A stretch of 63,587 nt of DNA, filler included, from Welwitschia mirabilis (lineage: Eukaryota): assembly GCA_051453625.1 (NCBI GenBank). It is 9 parts of one record of this genome, joined end to end, with 100 filler letters (N's around TTAATTAATTAA, not from the genome) between each part and the next. Parts side by side here need not be neighbours in the genome. Positions count along the whole stretch, not along the records: positions 22,716 to 54,366 come from JBOZIK010000001.1; 8 more parts are not named here. One strand, given 5' to 3'. The notes under the pieces were generated by a model. The model saw only the letters and a program-made list of their open reading frames with translations. It did no database searches and was not told the origin of the DNA. Position 1 is the first letter of the stretch; every line of letters starts with the position of its first letter. Made by a program: the position numbers and the translations under genes. This document shows positions 23,301-34,600 of this stretch, piece by piece.

Positions 23301-26153
23301 GCTAAAAGGAAACCAAGGATAGAATTATCAGAATGTCCTACAAGAATGTTTAAGGACATACTTTGGCAACTTCAAACTGATCCTGAAGTACTGTAAAGCG
23401 CCCTTTTAAGCTGCTAAGCTCCTCCATCATTGCTGATTTTTCTTTCTGTAAGAAAGCAATGGTCTCTGCATTGGCAGTTGCATCCATCTGAAGTTTGCTG
23501 TTATATTGCTGTAAGCTAGTGTTATACTCTTGTAATCTTCTGTTGATATCTTGTAACGAAGCCACCTAAGCACACAATAAGCAGCACATTCTAACAAACA
23601 GAAGCAGCGAATAAATGAACCAGAAACAATTTTGAACAAAGTCATCTCCAGCATACCTGTTCATTAGCACTGGAGGCCTCTTGTTGAGCTTTGTTGCGCT
23701 CTTCAGTCAACTGAGCTTCTGCTCTCTCTACAGATTTCCGAGCTTCCCTCTCTTTCTGCAATTCTTGACTGCATTCCTAAAATAACATAAAGAAACCATG
23801 ATGTTGGATCTAAGTGAAAAGTCACATGTACCACTGGCTGTAATTGAGAATCAAAAACCAACCTGATGGAAGATATACATATTAACAACCGAGTCAGGTA
23901 TCAACAAATATGCTAGGGAACTTTTTGTGAAGACATAAGCAGACTTTGTCTATGCCATGGACACCATAAATCAATCATGACATGACTTCTTTAAGGAAGC
24001 CACCAGCTAAACTATGGCAATCAACATTGAAGAAATCATTCAGATTCTCGGGAAAATAATCTCACATATGTGCAAATGCAGATGTGAATCACTTAAGTTG
24101 TTTGTTTATAAATAACTATATGTTGCAACGTGTCAAGCTTGAATAGAATGGTTATTTATGAAAATATTAAAACAATTATATTATTCAGCTTTGCATAAAC
24201 ACTCTGCGGCATCTGAAAAGACATTGAATGGTTCATAGGTATCCACTGATGTGTTTGCCTGTAATGATAACTGTATCTCATGCATCTCAATGTTCATTTG
24301 TATTATTGAATTGGTTGTGCCATTGTCCAGATAACTTCCTTTCTTTTGCGACATTTTCTAACTGAGTTAATGCAGCATGTTTCCAACTTTTGCCTTGGAT
24401 GGCACTAACTATAATACTTAACGAATATTAATGTCAACGTAATGGTAATAACAATTTCAATTGCGAGGATAAATACATGACACAGTAGTTTTGTACTATC
24501 TCAAATCAATGAACTAATTTTAGGCTTGTCCATTGCTAAGTGTTATGTACCAGTTCCCTGTTATGTCTTTGAAATGTTACTCTCATAGTATGACCTCTCT
24601 TTCTCTCTTGTTGCCCATCTCTGTGTGACAAACTACATAACAGTTGTTTTCCACTATAAAAATCCAAGAGAAGGTGGGACATTTGATCCGGGCACTTACA
24701 TACTAGCCAGCAAGCACAAAGGATAGTATAAAATAAAGATGTGCTAAGTTGATTACTGCTCAATAGTAGTCACAAGAACCTTGAGTTCTTGTCAAGGGCT
24801 AAGCAAATTTGATATTGTTGATTTAACTAGTACATCAAAGCTGGGACAAGGTTTGATTAGGCGGGATCTGGGTTTTACATCAGAGACACCATGTCTTTCT
24901 CCCCAGGATTCATTTTCACCGAATGGTATTAGAAAGGTATATTATGACATCTTGGTGGTACCAAAAATTCTTAATACAAACTGCCATTGACAAGTCATTC
25001 ACATGCGAGGGATACAATTAGGACTATGTCTATGAATACTGTTGACAGATATCCATTAAAGTCTTTGTGCTAGTACCTGTTTGCACCACATTGCACAATC
25101 ATACATCCGTATTACATTGTACTGCAGGATGCATTTTCCAATTTCATAGGCATGACAGATTAGTTCTTTCCTTTTCATAGAAAAAGGTAATTTACTAGGA
25201 AAGCATTCAGAATAAGTGTTACTTAGATATGTTAATTTAAGGCATCGGTTTTGAGATTGCTTTATTATGGAATTCGTAGCTTTGCCTTTTCCAAGCAATT
25301 TATATCCACTTTTTGCCAACGCACTTGTGATTCCAATGCTGGTTCTAGTCCCCTTTTTCATGTGTTTAAGTCCAGACCAGGCTTTTTATGAAACATGAAA
25401 AGCAAATAAAACAGCTCGAAATCTGACCTGCATATCCGCATCTGCGTTTGATAATCTTTCCTGTAATGTCGAGCAATTATTTTTCAGCTCTAAGACTTCA
25501 GCATTCAACTTTTCTTCCTTTTGTTTCATGGTATCCTCTGAATCACAGACAAAATCCCGTCATTTAAAAGCCAAACAAACCCCCCTCCCCAGCCTTCCCA
25601 GAAAAAAAAGNNNNNNCCCACCAAAAAACCCGTAAAAAAAAAAAAAAAAAAAAATCTGAGGACCTGCTTCAGTCCTTAATTTCCTTTCACTAGCCAACTC
25701 TTTCTCTAAGAGCTCTTTAGCAGTAACATGACTTTCTGTCTGTTCCTGGAAAGACCGTATACAAAGCCGCAGCTTTTTGATATACTCCGTCATTTGCTCG
25801 CATTTGCCCTACTCAGAAAAGCCAGAGTCGTCTTGTAATGATAGATTGTCCAGAACATTTAAAACCGAAACAAACAGCAAATGAATGAATAAATAGTTTT
25901 ATGTGAATCCTATTGATTAAAATTCTAAAAAAACCTTATAGTCAAACTTGGTTTTCCCCTTCATCTTCTCGTTGAGAAGTGCCTCGACATATTCTCTGGT
26001 AAACTCTGGCAATTCAATCGATTGTCCATTTGAAATGCTAGCCAAAGAGGGGGCTGGATCAGAGGACTCTTGAAGAGAAGGCAGGTTGCTATGATTTCCC
26101 AAAGAAGTGGGCAGAGACAAACGAGTCCTGTTATTCTTCATAACTGATGCCAT
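8214..26153 (-). CDS. KIN14: Kinesin-14, C-terminal motor, ATK1/ATK5(KatA)-like; 5' part of gene, 10 exons, 494 codons, 3' exons not seen
   Basis: Exons 26153-25935, 25808-25664, 25537-25428, 23776-23657, 23565-23362, 9373-9164, 9056-8982, 8863-8717, 8581-8440 and 8323-8214 all have GT-AG borders and join in one open frame. Protein shows [46 protein letters not shown], neck [23 protein letters not shown] and motor start [24 protein letters not shown]-loop exon (VCIFAYGQTGSGKT) is not present in the non-gap sequence. Confidence 0.96.
8440..8581 (-). CDS. KIN14: Kinesin-14 exon 9 ([16 protein letters not shown]...[10 protein letters not shown])
   Basis: CAG acceptor, 142 nt, donor G|GTAAG, start of motor domain. 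Confidence 0.96.
8717..8863 (-). CDS. KIN14: Kinesin-14 exon 8 (IAESSALE...[13 protein letters not shown])
   Basis: TAGCAG acceptor, 147 nt, donor TTG|GTGAAC, neck motif. Confidence 0.94.
8982..9056 (-). CDS. KIN14: Kinesin-14 exon 7 ([25 protein letters not shown])
   Basis: CAG acceptor, 75 nt, donor GAG|GTAAAA; not in the ORF track. Confidence 0.9.
9164..9373 (-). CDS. KIN14: Kinesin-14 exon 6 (TSLQETLQK...[23 protein letters not shown])
   Basis: TTCAG acceptor, 210 nt, donor GAG|GTAATT. Confidence 0.93.
9570..9900 (-). mobile_element. Possible eroded Copia LTR fragment
   Basis: A-rich U5-like tract with ACACACGAATTTACATGG resembling GATTTACGTGG of the other LTRs; boundaries not resolved. 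Confidence 0.3.
11457..11745 (+). mobile_element. TRIM (terminal-repeat retrotransposon in miniature), ~290 bp
   Basis: LTR1 11457-11540 (TG..GCCCAACA), PBS TGGTATCAAAGCC 11543-11555, ~100-bp non-coding interior, PPT GAGGAGGAGA 11629-11638, LTR2 11640-11745 (..GCCCAACA); both LTRs share CCCATGCCTAGCC and GCTTTTG..TGGTAGTG; no clean TSD. Confidence 0.85.
11900..12908 (+). mobile_element. Degenerate L1 ORF2 3' region
   Basis: [52 protein letters not shown], typical of plant L1 ORF2 C-terminus; interrupted by a Copia at 12909. Confidence 0.75.
12909..16068 (+). mobile_element. Ty1/copia LTR retrotransposon (Tork/Tnt1-like) with both LTRs and TSD AGAAT
   Basis: 5' LTR starts TG at 12909 and runs into a gap; 3' LTR 15678-16068 after PPT AAGGGGTAGAA; AGAAT at 12904-12908 and 16069-16073; protease [18 protein letters not shown], integrase YFVTFIDD, RNase [16 protein letters not shown] falls in an unsized gap. 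Confidence 0.93.
16527..17761. mobile_element. Probable non-autonomous hAT-type DNA transposon, ~1.24 kb
   Basis: TIRs CAAGGCAGCACA and TGTGCTACCTTG (11/12 match); flanking 8-mers CTAACAGC and GTTACAGC (6/8); clustered subterminal GAGTC/AGTCA/GACT motifs at both ends; no ORF. Confidence 0.65.
17841..23043 (+). mobile_element. Full-length degenerate Ty1/copia (Tork/Tnt1-like) with TSD TCTAG
   Basis: 5' LTR 17841-18223 (TG..CA), PBS TGGTATCAGAGC 18226-18237, gag from ~18480, LWHKRLGH, integrase [35 protein letters not shown], RNase [10 protein letters not shown]; 3' LTR visible 22716-23043; TCTAG on both flanks. Confidence 0.95.
23362..23565 (-). CDS. KIN14: Kinesin-14 exon 5 ([26 protein letters not shown]...EVAK)
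   Basis: CTTAG acceptor, 204 nt, donor AAA|GTATGT, family-conserved [17 protein letters not shown]. Confidence 0.95.
23657..23776 (-). CDS. KIN14: Kinesin-14 exon 4 ([13 protein letters not shown]...ANEQ)
   Basis: TTTTAG acceptor, 120 nt, donor CAG|GTATG. Confidence 0.92.
25428..25537 (-). CDS. KIN14: Kinesin-14 exon 3 ([11 protein letters not shown]...DADMQ)
   Basis: CAG acceptor, 110 nt, donor CAG|GTCAGA, coiled-coil sequence. Confidence 0.9.
25664..25808 (-). CDS. KIN14: Kinesin-14 exon 2 ([16 protein letters not shown]...RTEA)
   Basis: TAG acceptor, 145 nt, donor G|GTCCTC, phase 1 matches next exon. Confidence 0.92.
25935..26153 (-). CDS. KIN14: Kinesin-14 coding exon 1 (MASVMKNN...KFDYK)
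   Basis: ATG at 26153, 73 codons, donor AAG|GTTTTT; a small N gap just upstream leaves the start slightly uncertain. Confidence 0.85.
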
Positions 26154-26650
26154 AACACAGGCGATCCANNNNNNNNNNCAAATCAAGCGCTTTCGTTCCT
26201 AATCTTCATGCTTGGCCTGACCTCATAACCCACCAATCAGAACAAAAAGCTTTAGTTCGACTTTAACCACTTCCCTGAGTTGCTCAAAATCTCATGGATG
26301 AACAATAATGCGCAAACCTACAATACTAGCTGAAAAACAAACTAAGATAATGCCTAACCTTCAGTGAACAGTGAGGTGCATGCCTTCCAAAAGCGAGCCC
26401 TGATCTACTCCGTCTCGCACTTGGTAAGCACATTGACGAAACCAAGCTGTAATGGGTACCCTAATTTCAAACGCTCAAAGTTCCTCAAGATGTAACTCTT
26501 TCTGACTTTGCTGTAATTCGGGATATAAGAGATGCTTGGGACGTTGGAGGAGAAGAGAACGTCGCTCGACGACCTATCTGTTGGGTAGTCTGCTGATCCT
26601 TCAAAGTTTCTTCGTGTTCCCCTCCTCCTCGGCCTTTACACTCTTGCGCT

Positions 26651-26661
26651 CTATTTATATA
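26651..26661 (-). promoter_or_regulatory. Candidate TATA box of the kinesin gene
   Basis: TATATAAATAG on minus strand ~500 nt upstream of the ATG, in a CpG-retaining region; possible 5'UTR intron 26358 (AG|GTTAGG) to 26217 (TCAG|); site II motif TGGGCC at 26944-26949. Confidence 0.5.
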
Positions 26662-27394
26662 TCATCGTAGGCATCAGGTGATTTACATGTTTATGTTGCT
26701 TCTCTTGTTTTGGTTCGATTCTATTTCATCCTGCTTTTTTGGGATACAATCTCAGTTACCACCCCTTCTGCCTCGTTTCAGAACGCTACCTTGGTTAGGC
26801 CGGCACAGGGGCTCCCTTTTACTGTGTCCTTTCTATTAAAGAATGGAGTGAAGCTCTTAATTATCTTTTATTTAACGAGAGAGCAATTGAAGGCGCGTTT
26901 TGTTGATCCGCAAAACTTTATCTGTTTTGACCCCTTTCCACAGTGGGCCCTTTCCACGCTTTCGGTTTGGGTTTGTTAGTGCTTTACGCAGGATGGCCGA
27001 GACTGTTTCTTTACCGTACATCTCCTGCTTGTTTGGCATTTTTATTGATTTGTTTTTTCCGTGATTTGCTCTTCAGATGTGTGGTGTATGCCGGTTCCAC
27101 TGATTAGTTTTTCTGTGATTTGCTGTTTGATGTTGGAAAAGGAGATTCTCATCTTTAACAGTTGATTTGCCATTCTTCATGTAATGAAAATGATATTTAG
27201 ATAATTAGTTGAATTTTTCAAGTGAGAATTAATAACCTGAAAGAGTATATAATTTGTGTCTTATGTTATTATTAGCATCATACATTTGATTATATATTTA
27301 ATTGAAATTCTTATTATTTATGTATGGTTTTAATAATTTTTTAGTTATTTTTAATATCTCTAAACATCATATCATAATTTTTAATATAAGTATG

Positions 27395-27613
27395 TATATT
27401 TATTATTTATTTCACAATAATTGTAATTTAGAGGGCATGTCAAACACGAAATTTTAGTGACCATACCTTCTCAAGAGTATAACCACCACTATTACCCAAG
27501 TGAATGATTTAGTTATGCCTAAGTCTTATAGTGCATCAAGCAAGGTGTCAAAAAATTCAAACCCCTGACATCTTGAATGAAAGGCAATTGTCCCATCAAT
27601 TAGACTATGAACC
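27395..27613 (-). mobile_element. Probable tRNA-derived SINE, eroded
   Basis: A-box-like TAGTCTAATTGA (27607-27596) and B-box-like GGTTTGAAT (27563-27555) 32 nt apart, ~150-nt body, AAATAAATAATAAATA tail; no TSD identified. Confidence 0.45.
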
Positions 27614-28966
27614 AATTTTTAAAGTGATTGCAATTTATAATAAGTAATTTCTATTTATCATGATAGTACATATTTTTTTGGTAAATTTCCTTTAAGCAAA
27701 CCAAGGCGTATTTTCAATATAGAATAACTTTTCATCTAAAAACTCCTCTGACTTTATATTCATCTTCATTGTTATCAAAGTTTAGTTCTACACATAGCAT
27801 CCATTATTACTAGATCAAATTCTTGCATCGATAATATCCACTTCATGATTCTATAATTGGTCTCCTCTTTATTCATAAGCATATATTACTATTGTACGGT
27901 TTATGTATATTTGATAAACTAGAATGTAGTGTCTAAATTTTCTTGGTAGGATAAACCATTGATAGCATTTCTCTTTCTATGGTTGTGTAATTTAGTTGAG
28001 TTAAGTTATAGCTTTTACTTAAAAAGGCTATAGCACGGGGCTTTCCATCACCAACTAATGAGAAAACTATACAAAAGTTCTTTAATGACTAGTAAATGTT
28101 ATTTTCCCTTAATCCTCATGGCCTATAAGGATGTGATTGTACCCATTGCATGCATCTAGAAAACTATAAAACTTGTGTTTTGTAATCCTATCTAGAACCT
28201 AATCCATAAATGGAAGACCAAACTAATCTTTATATGTGGTTGCTAATTAAAGTAAAAACTCAATTTTTAAAATGAGAAGATCACATTGTAATTCTTTGCA
28301 AAAAGAATCATGTGCTTAACATAATAATTTAACTTAGAGAAGAGAAATAAAACATAAGTAATTCATAATAAAGAATAAATAGTTCTCCTTGGTGAATTTG
28401 CATATGTAGTAGAAGTACATAAGTATTGAACCAAAACAAATTTAGTATAGATTTTATTAAGATATTGTACCTTATATTATCAAATTATTACTTTACAAGA
28501 TAAAACTACAATTCTTAAGTAATATTCGCATAATTACAACATGATTATAATAAACCTTAAGAAGTACATGTGTAAAAAGTTAAATCTCATGAGACGTGAA
28601 AAGAGAAATGCAATAAGTAAGAAAGAAATAATCTTTGATAAATGTTTACTATCATTCTAAAGACCATTTATAACTCAAACAAATGATTAAGAGAGAAAAT
28701 AGTCAATCTTATTAGGTTATTATCACGTAAAAATATTTTTTCTTGAAAAGTTCACTACTTAAAATAATGTAATGTTGATGTATATGAGTCATTAAACTAT
28801 ATTATTCCACTCTATACTAATTTTACAGCAACTTAGAACCAAAAGATAACACTTTGTAAACATGATTCTTAGAATTAACATAGTAAACCATTTGACTTAA
28901 CTAAATTTCAACATATGTGATTTGATAGATAACTCTTAATTAAGCTTGAATTGAGTTATAAAAGTG

Positions 28967-31613
28967 ATATAGCATAACTTGGATTATTAGTCAATTAGTA
29001 ATCAATTAAAAATCACCATGTCAATGCTTATTCTATCAAAGTAAAACTTACCCAATTTCATGATGTCTTGACCCAAATGAAGAGAATAAAGAAAGAAAAG
29101 ATGAAAAGGAAGAACGAAACTTAAGAGAGTGATCTTAAAACTTTTTAAAACCTTAAAAGTAATTAGAATGTGTTCTAAAACAGGTATCTAAAATTAAGAA
29201 TTTAAGATCAAGTAAGATCAATTGAGACCAATAAGAAATAGACTATCTAGAAAAATATCCAAAAATTGTAATCAATCCTATTTTGATGAGGAATATCTTT
29301 AAAAAAAACTAAAAGACCTAAGAAACAATGAGTTTTATATTCTAAAAATGCTTAAAAACTACTAGAAGATCAAGTCTTTATTTTCTTTAAAAAATAATAA
29401 TGTCTAGAAAGTTCAGTATGTAAAAATTTAAAAATTAAGATTTCATAAATCTAAAAAAATTATAAGTAAAACTATAACTTTAACTATAAATTACCAAAAA
29501 AAAGGAATTTAGAGGCATAATTTGGATTTCAACTTCCAAATCATGAAAGTTTTTAAATTAAGAAAGGACTCTATTAACAAAATTTCAAAGGAATTTGAGT
29601 TGTGAAAAAGAGTCATGATTGAAACAAGCATTAAAATTGTTAATTCAATCTACTATCAGAAAAGAGGAAGAGAGAGAATAACTAATGTAAAAATAAATAT
29701 TTTCAATTTTAGTTTTAAGTAAATTACATACATACATATCAAATTTATGTTATTGAAAAGAAGAAAAGAAGAATTCATCATTTAATGCTTAAGAAGAAAG
29801 ATGGGATTATGAGAGAATGGTATTAGAAGAAATGGTAAAAAACAAGGGAGAAGAAAGACAAAACACGTGCTTCTTTTAACATAAAGTCACCAACAATGAG
29901 AAATCTAAGAATAATATGATAGGTACTAGATGTCTAGCAATTTTATTATCACTAATTATGTAATATGCCATAATAAGTCTAATTGGATTGAAAGAAATGC
30001 ATGATAAATATCAAAAAATCATATAAACATTAACATGAATCCATAAGGTAAAGGAACACTTATTGGTTTTAAATGCAATCATAGCCGTTTTCATTAGTCT
30101 TCAATAAAAATGCTTATAAGATCTGATCTCTTCTCCTTCTCCTGCATTGCCTATTTACATGCATTCCACTGCATTACAATGCTCTTCAAAAAGATGGAAA
30201 ATGGGGGAAATAGAGATGGAAAATGGATTGTAAGAGGATGTTACAAGATGTAAATGAATCTATGTTGTTGTAATGAATGAGGATAAGAATAAAGAAGACT
30301 TACAAAGTTGATATAAAGAGAAGATCAACTTGGAAGAGAAGAAATAGAATAGAAATATGGTTGGAAATTCCTTTCAAAGCATGAAGTGGCATAAAATGAG
30401 TTTGATAATATGTAGTTTATTTAAATATTCAATTTAATATTAAGAGGGATCTTCATAGATGCATTTAGATCAGTTTTAGATGAGGTGTATGAGAAAACTT
30501 CTGATTTTCAACATGTGTTTTATACTTGTAAAAAGTAAATTGTTACATGATCTTATAGTGCCAAAATACACTACCAAGTAACATTGTAGTTTCATAGGCA
30601 ATTACACTAGTAACCATCAAAAATCTAAAATTGCATTTTGGCTTAATTACATTACTCAAGGATAATATTACATGAATACATTACGTTTGACTCAGAAATG
30701 ACTAGAGATGACTAAGTTGTTGTTCTTGAAATGCAAACTTCTGATGTATTAATGTCCTAATAGTCTTCGGTATGCTTTGATGTCATGCACCTAATGTCAA
30801 AATGAGTCATAGTCATTATGTGAGTGAGTGAATGATGATGGTAAAAGAACTAGAAGTGATATCTAGGTTTAATAGGTTAAAGTAGTCCTTCATGTTCCTC
30901 ATATCTAACCTTAAATCCTAGCCTCCTGATCATGATCATTACAAATTGCTTCAAAGTGGATCAAAATGCATCATTTTACACCAATTGAATCCCTAATGCT
31001 ATTGTTTGTTGAAAAGTCTAAAAATACGTTTAAGTGTAGTGTTATAATTTTAAAATGATAAAAATTTGTGACTATTAATACCTTATTTTATCAAAAATTT
31101 AAGCTTTATCACATCACCCAACCAATTTTCTTATACATTTCATGCAAGAGATGGTTGTTAAAAAAAAAAATCTTGATATTAATCTATATTTTTTTCATAG
31201 TATGTGGTATATTACCTATTATCAAAATACCTGATGATATCTTTCATTTCACCTAATGGTGAGGAATTACATCATTTACTTAGCCCTGTAGACTAATAAT
31301 GTATATGTTTCTAGCTCTATGTAGGTGTTTGTGATTTTAACAGTTGGTCCTACAAATAAAAACACCATGTAAAAGCAACAATACTAATAATTATGATAGA
31401 ACCATCATATGTGTTACACAAGATAATGAGTAAAATGCAAATACATTTGATAGTCCAACCCTTTATTCATTATTCTTAAAAGTAAAGAAGAAATTCTATT
31501 GATTCTATTAATTTTCCAAAATGTAAATAAAACATGGACATAATATTAATAACATAAAGCACAGGCAAAATGTCATATGATAACATAGTGTTACAAAAAG
31601 ATAGTAAGTTACA
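28967..31613. repeat. Copy 1 of ~2.65-kb direct tandem duplication
   Basis: Collinear with 31629-35603 from ATATAGCATAACTT to GATAGTAAGTTACA, with many substitutions and small indels. Confidence 0.92.
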
Positions 31614-31628
31614 AAATATCATATGATA

Positions 31629-34600
31629 ATATAGCATAACTTGAATTATCAATTAACTAGTAATCAATTAAAAATCATCATGTTAATGCTTATTCTATCA
31701 AAGTAAAACTTAGTTAAGTTGATGATTTTTTAACCATGAAGAAAATAAAGAAAGAAAAGAGAAAAAGGGAGAAAGAAACATAAGAAAGTGGACTTGGAAA
31801 CTTTTAAAACCTCAAAAGTAATCATGATATGTTCTAAAATAAGTCTTTAGAATCAAGAATTTGAAATCAATCAAGATCAATTGAAATCAATAAGAAATAA
31901 ACTATCTAGAAAAATCTGAAAAACTACGATCAACCCTACATTGGTGAAGAATATTAAAAAAAAGTAGAAAACTTGAGAAATAATGGGTTTTATATTCTTA
32001 AATCACTTAAAAAATACTACAAGTTCAAGTCTTAATTTTCTCAAAATAAAATAATAATGATTAAAAAATAATTGTGTAAAAATTTAATAATTAAGATTTC
32101 ATAGGTTTAGAAAAATTTTAAGTAAAACTACAACTTTGATTGTAAATTGCCAAAAAATGGATTTTGGGGTAAATTTTGGATTTTAACTTGTAAAGAATAA
32201 AATTTTTTAAACTAAGAAAGGAATCTATTAACATTTCAAAGTAATTAGAGCTGTAAAAAACAATTTATGGTTAAAATAAGCACAAAAATTCACTAATTCT
32301 AATTCAATCTTAGAAAAGAGGAAGAGAGAGGAAGAAAGGGAGGGGGGGAGGGGGAACAGAGAAGAAGTAATGTAAAAAAACATATTTTCAATTCTAGAAT
32401 TAAGTAAATTACATATTTACATACTAAATGTATGTTATTAGAAAGAAGCCAAAAAGTATTCATCATTTAATGCTTAAGAAAAAAGATGGAAATGTAAGAG
32501 ATAGTGTTAAAAGAAATGAGAAGATTGGAAAAAAGAAGAGAGAATAAAGATAAGACATGTGCTTCTTTTAACAAAGAGCCCTAGTAATGCAAAATCCGAA
32601 AATAATATGATAGGTACTAGATGTATAACAATTTTATTATCACTAAATATGCAACATGTCATAAGAAGTCTAATTGAATTATAAAAAATGCATGACAAAA
32701 GTTTAAAAATCATGTAAACATAAACATGAAAACATAAGGGAAAGAATGCTTATTGGTTTTAAATGAAATCATATCCCATTTCATTAATCTTAAATCTAGA
32801 TGCTTATAAGATCTAATCCCTTCATCTTCTCCTACACTACTTATTAACATGCATTTTACCATGTTACCTTGTCCTTCGGATAGATGGAAAATGGGGGTAA
32901 TGAAGATGGAAAATAGATTGTGAGAGGATGTTAAAGGATGAAAATGAATCTATGTTGCTTCCATGAATGATAAAGGAGATAAAAGAAGACTTACAAATTT
33001 GATATAGAGAGAAGATCAACTTGGAAGAGAAGAAGTGAAATAGAAATGTGGCTAGAAATTCTTTCCAAAGCATGAAGGTACCATAAAATGAATTTGATAA
33101 CATGTACTTTACTTAAATACTCAGGTTAATATTAAGAGGTATCTTTCTAGATGCACTTAGATCAGTTTTACGTGAGGTGTATGCCAAAACTTCCAAATTT
33201 CAACATGTATTTCATATTTGCAAAAGATAAACAATTACATGACATTGCAGTGCCAAAATACACTATAAAATGACACTATAATGCCATAGGCAATTGTACT
33301 AGTAATGATAAAAAATCCAAAATTACATTTTGGCCTAATTACATTGCTTAAGGCTAATATTAAATTGATACATTATTATATTATATTTGTCAATTGATGT
33401 CAAACTAATTTCTCTTGTGTAATGCAAAAATGTTACATATTGTGTGCATATGAGATTGAGTTTTGCACGTGAAAGAATTGGACCAAAATCCACCAGAAAA
33501 ACTACTGAGTTATGTTTACCTCCAGTGGGGGTCGACTGAATCCTAAAGAGATCAATCGCACTTGAAGTAATCACAAGAAAAATGAACTGAACCCAGAGGA
33601 GTCAACCGGATTCTGAAGGAGTCGACTGACCTGTGATCTTAAGAGCTAGTATTCCTAAACCGAATGGAAAGGGGTAGATCAGATTTTCACGAGGTCGACC
33701 GGATCTGAGTAACTGACAGGCAATAGTCCCAGACTAAGAGGAAAGAAGTAGACCGGATTTTCATGGGGTTGACCAGACCTAAGAAACTGACAGTCCATAG
33801 GTCCATAGCAAGAGGCAAGGGTCGATCAGATTCAGGATGGAGTTGACCGAGTTCTCATGGGATCGACTGTATTTTTGTGGGATCGACCGGATGGCGTGGA
33901 AAAGTAAAATTTGTAAACGTTATGTATTTGTTACCTAGTCGTTTTCTAGTCATTTATAGCCATTGTAGGTGCAATTCATTTGTAATAAACCCTAGTAACC
34001 CTCCATTATAAATAGTTATGCTATTAATGACCTAGAGATCTTTTGACAATATTCTAATTCAGCATAATCTTTGTGGATCTAAAAGATTAGACTATATTAT
34101 CATTAGTACATCATTGTATTGCTACACATCTGATTGAGGAGATCTATCTTTGGCAAAAGAGTTTGACTCATAATCAAATCTAAGAGCTTCGTCACTGTGA
34201 TCAATTGGAGTAGAGCTCCATTCATTGTAATGCTATCAAACATGTGATATCTGAGCAATCAAGGCATCATCACATTACATCCATTTTTTCCAGAGGTTGA
34301 GACTTAGCCTGCAAAAATCCATTGTTAAGATTGAGACTTAGCCTATAAAAGTGCACTTGTAAGGGTTACAGGTAAACCTGGAAAAACTTGTGAAGTAACA
34401 GAGATCTGAGATCAAGCTTGGCAGAAGCTGATCATTAAGAGTGGAGTAGGGAAGTTCTCAAACCACTATAAATCCTGCTTACATAAAAATTGGGAGCTTG
34501 TGTTTTTCTGTCTTTTGATTCTTTACCTACAGTTTTCCATTTGTGTATGCACATTCTTAATTACATTATTTTCATATGCAAACTATGATTAGACAGCCTT

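Noticed and set aside
24769..24789. Perfect hairpin ACAAGAAC-CTTGA-GTTCTTGT in intron 3 as a Helitron 3' end
   Set aside because: AT-rich stem with no properly placed CTRR-T terminus and no 5' TC end found
26460..26900. MSA (AACGG) mitotic elements expected for an ATK1-like promoter
   Set aside because: Only near-matches (AACGC, AACGT, AACGA); no exact core seen
33525..33895. Spaced GTCGAC repeats as a CRISPR-like array
   Set aside because: Eukaryotic LTR context, short degenerate repeats and irregular spacing; explained as Sirevirus U3 motifs
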